From an uncultured virus (IMG/VR IMGVR_UViG_3300032331_003338) (taxonomy: Duplodnaviria > Heunggongvirae > Uroviricota > Caudoviricetes), in IMG/VR virus record IMGVR_UViG_3300032331_003338: 64,000 bases of DNA. One strand, written 5' to 3'. A program made the position numbers and the translations under genes. This document shows positions 7,509 to 16,500 of this stretch, piece after piece. How positions within the stretch are numbered: the first letter of the stretch is position 1; each line of letters starts with the position of its first letter. Under the pieces are notes generated by a model. The model was not told the DNA's origin, ran no database searches, and was given only the letters and a program-made list of their open reading frames with translations.

Positions 7509-10500
7509 GTGGCGGAAGAGAATGTAGCAAGAGTTGGCATAGCTCTTGACTCCGCCGCGTTCCAAGACGGTGTATCCCGTGCCCTTCGTGACATCGATCG
7601 TCTCCTTAGCGGCCTAAAGACGCTACAGAACGCCAACCGGCAAATCTCCCTTGCCGCTGGCGGAGGCATGTTTGGTTCCGGATCTAAGTCCCCCGTTTCC
7701 AACTTTGCTAGAGACATAAACCGAAATGCGATACCGGCCCTGCGCGACATGGAACGCAATGCGATCCGTGTTGGCGGGGCCGTTCGCCGCTCCATGGCCG
7801 AAATTGGGCGACTATCTTCAGCTGCAGAGCAGGCACAGATTCGGCAAGAACGGGCAGCCATCACAGCTCAGCGAAGGGCCATGAATACATCTTCTCGTCG
7901 CGGAAGGTCCGCTAGGGACGAGGGGCTGTTTGGAACAGTGTCGTCAACTCCATCGTTTGAAGACCCACGTAGCAATTCAGGGAAAATTGCTGCACGTTAT
8001 GTTCTTCGTAGCCTTGAAGAACTCATTACCTCCGAGTCTGAGAACTACCCAAAGATTATGCAACCGCGCCCACGCGGCGGCGGCGGACGAACAGCTAGCC
8101 GTGGATCGCAAGAGACGGTCCAAAGCGTTGCGACAAAGTTTGCTCCAGGCAAGATCTTTAATACATCTACAAACCTAGAGGAAGGTCTTCCGGTTACAAT
8201 CATTGGCCCAGGCGGAGAGAAGTTTGTTCTTTCTGGAAACGGCCGCGTCATGGGCTTGCGACAGCTTTCCAAGGCACCACAAGGTCGAGTTCCAATCGTT
8301 TCTGCCGTTGAGGGATTCGTTACCGGCAACCCATCCCTGTTTGGTGGATCTACTGGCGTTGAGGAAACATTAAAGGCAGTTGCAAAAATTGCAAAGGCGA
8401 AGCAAACCCCAATCCTCACGAGGGAGCTCGTAAGCACCATGACTCAGCTCGGTGAGCGAGAGTCAGGAAAGCTTGGACTTGGCCTGAACACCAGGACCGC
8501 AATGTCTGAATCGGAAATGGCGATGGCCGTCTCCAAGCTTCTTCAGCGTCCTCCTACTGGCCTTGCAAAGGGAACCCCGGGTAAGATCCTTTCCGGTGGT
8601 GGGCAGGCCGTGCAGGAGTTTATTGGCCAGGTACTTGAGGTCCTACCACCACAAGTAGTTCGTTCTAGGTATCAGACTAGCTCGGGCGAGTCCAATAAAC
8701 AATTCCAGCAGCTCCTTGAAGGCGTTGCCATGTCTTCTGCGTACGGAAACAATCCAGCTACAGAGGCAATGATTACCAAGCTCCTTGAGGGTGGAAAGAC
8801 CGGCCTTCCCCCAGCAATACAGGGCGCTCTTCGACGAAACCTTGGCCCACAGCTCACCCTTCGCGGCAGGATTGCCTCTGGCGCGATCCCGGCTGAAATG
8901 GACCCGATTTACAATAACCTCCCGCAGGCCATTGAGCTGCTGGCAAGTGCTGGAAAGTCTTACGGACCAAAGTTTACTTCTGAGCAGATTGGAACACAGC
9001 AGGGGATGGAGCCCGCATCTCCGCAGGCGCTAAAGCTGGCGCAGGCGATGCGCAAGGCTGGATCTGCTGGTCTCCCGGCATTCTTTGAGGCAATTGCCCA
9101 GTACGGCAAGCGCGCCGTATCGGCCAGTGCTCCGACTCTTGGACTTGACCCCTCGTCATTCACTGCCGACCCAGAAGCCGCGTTACGCATTGCATCCTCG
9201 GCAGCAACTCGACTTGCATCCCATAAGGGGCCAAAGACAGAGGAGGTACTGTCGTCCATTGTGGAAGCGGCTATTAAAGAGTTTGCAACTCCAGAAGTCC
9301 TACAGCCCGCAGCAAAGAAGGCTGCGCGTGGTAGCGCTGCTAAAAAGGTGCAAAAGGCAGTAGAAGAGAAGGTTGAGCAGGTTGCTGAAGTTGTCGCCGA
9401 GGCAGTCGTTGACCCAAAGGCTACGCAAATGCGTCGACCGGAGTCTGAACGATTCTTTAAGGTTAATCCTCGGGCCATAGGAACTGCACAGGGTTCCGGA
9501 CGGGCTCGCGCAGGTGGATACGTTCCATATGCGGAGGCGTCAGAGGCCCAGCGAGGAAAGTACAACATGACGCTTCTCGGCGGATATGCCGAACTAGAGA
9601 AGCAGTACGCGGAAGCACAAGCAGAAGCAGAATACATGAAGGAAAACTTTGCGAGCAGACCAGGAGCTGCACCCCACGCTTCGGTTCAAAGGGCAGAAGC
9701 GCTTAGGACAAAGCTTACTGAGCTCAGGGGCGTGATGATTGAGCGCGGACTTGCCCAACCAACTATGGCAGAGCAAATTGCAGAGATATTCACTGGGCCA
9801 GAATCTTCTTCAGCTGGCTTAACACCAACCCGAACCTCTGGCGGGGGAAGCGGTGGCGGGGGCGGCGGTCGTCGACGAACAACTTCTGGCAGTGGTGGCG
9901 GGGGCGGCGGTGAGGAGCCAAAGGTTCCGAAGTGGATTGAGAATTTCCAGAATGCCGTTACGGCCGCAGGGTTTGATCCACAAAGTCTCCAGTACCTAAA
10001 CTCATCATTTAAGTTTGGCAATACTGCTGCAGCCATAGAACCTGGTTTGCATGGCCAGTCACGAGCCGCCCTAGGCGCCTTGCAGCAATATGCTGCCGTG
10101 CGCCAGCTGAGTATGGTTCAAATGTCACGAGGACTTCTCGGCAAGGGCGGGGCAAACGGATTCTGGCAGCCGGGGGCAACGGGTGAAGAGGGTGGAATTG
10201 CTCTTGGTGGCCTTGGGTCCAGGACTGCTGCGCCACTGCTACGAACATTTATTCATGAAATAGCTCATGGAACATTCAACGCCCTTATGTCTGGTGGATA
10301 TAAGCCCCAGGGCAAGGTGGAAATGTTTGGGCCAAGGGGCGAGGCTCTTGGGCCAACAAGCGCGCGATCCCTTCTTTCCCCGTATGGCGAGTCAACTGCT
10401 TCTGGACACGTAGACCCTGCATTCTATCGATCACAAGCAATGATCAGTAAAGCTGGCGGAGCACTATTGCCGCAGCTTGCGTTCCACAGGATGGTCGAAG

Positions 10501-13500
10501 AGATCATGCCGCAAGGGCACAACACCCAAGGCATTGGCATGGGCAAGTTCTCCCAGCTTCTCACGCCGCACCTCAAGGAATTTGCCTCACCTGAGCAGGC
10601 GCAAGGCGCAGAGGAGTTTGTTAAGTTCTCAGCCCGAATGATGGAGGCAGCAAGCAACTTTACACAAGGGTCGATTGGCAGAGGTGGAGCCTTAAGCATC
10701 ATGTCGGAAGGAATTCAACAGCTTGGGGCTTCCAGTAAGGCATTCCCCTCAACCTTCTTCCTTGAGGCAACATCCGTAGTCGGCAACGCCCTCAAGGGAC
10801 TTGAGGCTGGTGACCCAGCAAACCTAACGAAAATGTCTAACGCCCTCATGAACGCGGCAGCACTTTCCGCAGGTCCTGGTGAGTTCCGACCAGGAATCGC
10901 AGTGGCGTCCAAAGCAGCAGAAGAAGTAGCCAGCTATTTGAGCAACGCAAGCATTGAAGAAAAGGCCGCGATAGCACTTGGCGCAAATCCAAAACTTCTT
11001 GGAGATACATCCTTTAACCCGGGAAATCAAAATCACATTAAGGCTGTTAACGAGGCCATAGCCCAAATAGCTGCAACTGCTTCTGAGACAGCTCGAGGCG
11101 CTTCGGTTGCGCGATTTGCCAATGGCCAAAGAATTGAAACTCCATACGCGGCAACCCAAGGCCTGCTTGGGCCATACGCTCCTGGGTCGCTTATGGCGCA
11201 GACATCACCACTACAGTTCCCTGGCGGATCATTCCAGCAGCGCATGCAATGGTATGCAAGCCAGACACCTGGACAAAGGGCAGTTGAAGGCCCAATCCCT
11301 GGTGCCTATGCAAGAGCTACAGAATCGCGGTTTCTTGGCATTAGTCCTTCTTATCAAAAATCTTACATCCAGAGCAGAAATCGACTAGAGCTTGAGGCTG
11401 GACAGAAATCAAGTGCTCAGCAGCAATTTGTTGAATCTGCCAATGCCTCCGCGCGATTCTCTTCTGTTCAAAGCAAGCTAAACCTTGTCGTACAGGACGG
11501 AAGCATTCAGTTTGGCCATCTTTCACGTGCCCTAACGTCTACTGGCGATGGATTTACTGTATCTACCATAAACGCATTGAAGTTTGCTGCCGCAATTGCC
11601 GTTGGGCAGCAGATTACCGGATCTATCGTTGGAGCGTTTGAGCATCTTAAGGGCGGAATCATTGGATTCAACGCCATGCTTGAGGCCGCCAGCGTAGGGT
11701 TTAACACCCTATTCAAGAACGCCGGCAGATCGATCAAAGAAGCAGAAGCGGAAACAACTAAGACTATTGCGACACTCCGTGACTTTGCCAACGTTACCAA
11801 CTTTAGGTTTGGAGACCTTGAAACTGCCGCCCTAAGGATGCAGGCGTTCGGATTTGAAGTTGACACTGCCAAGGCGGCCCTCAAGGGTCAAATGCCCGTC
11901 CTTTATGAGGTAAAAAATGTTATCGCAGAAAACGCAACTGGAACTAAACAATTTGCTGGGGCACTGGTAAACATCGGCGATGCGGTTGCCGCGCTCGGAG
12001 GAGAAGACGACAAGCTGAGAAGGATTACGTACGCCCTTGGACAGATGAACTCTGCTGGGCGCGTATATCAGAACGACATGATGCAGCTGGCCAACGCCGG
12101 TATTGCCGGATACGACATCCTCGCTAAGGCGTTGCTCCAAGAAATTGAGGCTAGCCCCACCCTGAAGAAGGCCAATGCTGCCATTTATAACAAGCTGATG
12201 AACCCAGCCACCGCGGTCGAAGAGGTCCGCAGGTTGGCAAAGACGGGAAGATTGTTTGGCCCAGGAGCGGTTCAGGCAATCCTTGGCGGCCTTGAAGAGC
12301 GCTACGGCGGGGGAATGAAGGCATTCTCCAGGACCTTTGTTGGTGCATTGACAACCGTAGCAGATACGTCACAGTCCCTTGTTGCCACATCATTCAATCC
12401 GCTATTCTCCGTTGTCAGGGATCTCACTATTCAGCTGGCCGACTTCCTGCAGACAGCCGAGGCAACAACTGCCGCAACAGGGTTTGCAAAAACTATATCT
12501 GGAATTGCTGAAGCTATCCGTTCCGGTTTGCCGTCCGCAATTTCAATGGTCAATAAAGTTGTTTCTGCAGTTACTGACACGTTTGGAAAGCTTGCAGGAA
12601 GTGCCGCCAGCGGAACCAGCAGTCTTGGTGGATTTTTCCAGAATGCCATTAAGGGGCTTTCAACGATAGGCGACGTGTTGCAGAACGACGTCATTAGAAA
12701 CTTTGGCGCAACACTCGTCACTGCAAAGTTGGTCCTTGGCTTTATATCCTCCAACCCGCTGCTTGCAACTATTACGGCCTCTACAGCAGCCCTTGGGTTC
12801 TTGGCAACAGCAGTTCAGACAAATCAATTTGGTCTGGGGACGGCATTTGATAAGATTTCTGGTCCACTTCAGTCTTCTCTTAGCAACATTGGCAATAATC
12901 TACTTCCAAGCATCTCCGGATCTCTTACCTCTGCCGCCACTGTTATTGGAACTGCAATTGCCTCACTTCTTCAGGCATTTGCGCCATTAATTCAGATAAT
13001 CCTTGAAATTGTAAATGTTGTGTCCGGAGCGATGAAGCCATTCTCATCGATTCTAGGAATAGCATTGGCACTTTTTGTAGGAAAGCAAATACTTATCGAC
13101 GGAGTTGCCTCGGCAATGGCACGATTTGCAATGTTCACTGATAAGGCAGCATCATCTATCGACAAGATGAAAATGCAATGGTTTGCCGCCAAGGAGCTGC
13201 AGGCATTTGAACGATTTGGCCAACAGACATTTACCGCACAAATGGTTCCGCCACAGTACAACAAGGCCGGTGAGCTTACACGTCAAGGAGAGGTAATTTC
13301 TGGCCCGTTTGGCGGTCCGGGACAAGGACTGTCAAGCCCGCTACTTTATAAGATTGTAAATGCGCAGCTTGCAGCAGAGGCTGCCAAGTCTGGATTTAAG
13401 TACACCAATCAGAACGAGGGGTTAATTGGTGCGCAAAAGATTTCAGCGGAAAGCATGCCAATAGCAGGTGACCAGGCGATTACGGCACTTGCTTGGCTTA

Positions 13501-16500
13501 AGGGCCTAAAAAAGAGTGACGAGTCAGCATATAACCAAGTGATCCAGGGGGCCACCCCCTCTGAAAGACTGCAGCTAGAAGAGGCCATGAATGCTGGCAT
13601 TCGGAATGTAGTTGGCACATTGACTGCTTTCAAGAACTCAGTTATGGCCATTGAGGGGAACTTTAATCGACTTAAGTTTGTTGCCGCAGCGCTTGCTGAA
13701 AAGCTTGGCGGTATTAGCAATCTGGCTACCGGAATGGGTGTTCTTGTCTCAGTGATTGGCTCTCTTACCGGCAGCGAAAGCCTGCAGCAACTTGGGGCCA
13801 CCCTTACCACCCTAGGGATTGCAGGATCTGCTCTTACCGGCGTCTTCAACGGGTTGAAGCTTGCGTTTGGCATGTCGTCCCTTGCCGCCGCAATTACTAT
13901 GGTGATTACAGCACTTGGGGTGTGGGCGCTCAATCTGGCTGGAACATATCCGGATAAGAAGAAAAAGCTTGACGAAGTAGAGGGCATCTTCAGGGATTAC
14001 GCGACCAATAAGGGGCTTGATTTTAACACCCCGTATAACCAGCTGGAAGACCCAGCTCTTAAGTGGTACAGGGACAACATAAAGCCAGACATGGGCCTTC
14101 TTATTACGGAAATTACACCCGAGCTTCAAGCATTCATTGATCGCATCAGGGAAATAAATAATCAAGCCGCGAGTGATCGGGCTGCCATGAATCCCCGCTA
14201 TCGACGACAGAGGAACGAGTCGCAGATTGAGCAGTATGCAATTAGGGGGTATACACCAGAGCAGATCGCTTCATTCATGGGTCTTGACCTTACGTATGTA
14301 AAAAACTTCTTTAATAAGCTCGTTCAAGACGGTGGTGAGGCCGGTCAGAACATTACAAAGATCCTCACGGCGCAACTTGATGCTAGCGGTGAGGCCCTAA
14401 AGAAGGCACAAGACATTCTAGAAAAAGCTACTGCTGCCTTTGAGCGCCCACTCAACCGCCTTATGTCCCGAGTCCAGACCCTTATCTCGGAACTATTCGC
14501 CGACGAGAAGAAGAAGCTGGAGGAGGCAAAGAACGCCGCCCTTGCAAATATAGAAGTTCTTTATAACGGGGAAACGATCCGACTTGGCGTCCTTCAGGAG
14601 CAGTACGACGTTTTGTCTGCCCAGAAGAAAGAAATGGAGGAGATGCAGAGGCTTGAGGATCTGCGGACTAAGGCGTCTGAGGCAGCGCTTGGCATGTTTG
14701 ATGCTGGAACAGACCCCCTTGAACGAGCTCGGGCAGCACGAGATGCTGCGCGGCAACTGTTCTCAGAAGGTGAGCAGATGCGCCTTGACTCAATGGCAAG
14801 CACTATTGAGTCGGCGAAGAAGAGCGTCCCGTATACCGCCACCTCAGAGGACTACGACCAGCGAGTTAAGGCACTTGAGGTAGACCAGCAGGAGCGGCAG
14901 CGAGTACTGACCGAAACAATTGACGACCTGATGCGCAAGGTAAAAAATGGAAAGCTAACTGCAGCGGAAGCAAAGAAGATGCTGTACGACGCATTCTCGC
15001 AGACAGGACTTGACCTTTCGGTTGCAGCGGCTCAAGGCTATGACTTTATGGACAGCTTCTCTTCCGGGTTTATGGGCGCTCTTGAAAAGAACATTGATCG
15101 AACGTTTAAGAACTTGCCAAAGTTTATTACCTCTGCCCTGCGCGTGCTCAAAGAGGATGCGGCATACAAGAAGGCGCAAGATGAGCTAGCTAACATTCTT
15201 AACCCGACTGATGACAGCGCAAGAGTTTCTGGGTCAAGGGTCATTGCGGCAAGGGACGCCAGGTTGGGCGAGGCGAAGAGAATACTCTCCGCTCTTCAGC
15301 TTGCTGAAAACATGCCTGGCCAAACGCAAGCACAAAAAGACAAGCTTGTTCAGCAAATGTCGCAGCTTGCAATATACATTTCTAAACTTGAAAAGACCAA
15401 CATTTCCGCTGATCAAACATACCCACAGACCGACCTCACCCTTATCATGGAAAACTTTACTGCCAATACGTCTGGAATCCTCAAGATGCTTTATGCGCTT
15501 TTTGGGTTCCAGCAGACACAGAGCTGGTGGCAGAGCGGCGTTCCACTTGCGAACCGACCAGGAGATCTCACCCCAGAAAACTACAGGGCATCTGGTGGCG
15601 CTGTCGGAGCGGGAACTTACATGGTCGGCGAGCGTGGACCAGAGATGCTTCAGATGTTCCCAAATGGCGGAGGGTATGTCGTTCCAAACCACAAGCTTCC
15701 TTCCGGCATGCGTTCATCCGCTGCTGCCCTTGGTGGCGGCATCATGGGCCGAGCATGGGGCGGTGGCGTAGGGCCAGTAAACCCAGAAGATCCATGGATC
15801 AAGAGATATCCAATTTCTTCTCCAATGGAGCAGCGAGACGAGCGCCTGTTTGGGTGGTCGGGGAGAACTGGTCCGCGCGATGGAATGAAGTATGTTATGG
15901 ACTGGGGCGATCTTGTCATAGACGAAGACGCCTACGAAGACCTTGCGAAAAAGGCAGAGTCCCAGGGACGAACCGTAAAAGATTTTATTGAGCAACTTTC
16001 TGTTCAGGTACGAAAATCAGTGTTGCTTGCACCGCAGGGGATGTTTGACACAAGAACCGCTAGAACTAGACCACAAGTTCATATTACATCTGGTCAAGTT
16101 CACGAAAACGCTGCGGCACTCAATGGCTCAACTCTTCGAAATTTGATTTATCTATTCACTAAAACACAGGCATCTGACGGAACTGTATTTACAAATAGCC
16201 CCGCTGACCTTCTTGGAACAGTTCCTCACGAGTTTGGCCATTTGATTCACCAGCGGCAAAACCTCAACAAGACTGTCCTTAAAAAGCCTGGGATTTTAAT
16301 TGAAGCGCTCAAGCGATTCAACATATTTGACATCCCCTTTGGGGCGACAAGTAGCTGGAAAAATCTTCAGCGAGAGGATATTCTTGCCGGTCCTGCTAAG
16401 GGAATGCCTGGAAACCGATCAATATTGGATTCTATTAAGGCGATAGGGTCTGGAAAGGGCAAGTCCCAAACCTACTTTAATCCTGGGCCAATGAGCCACT

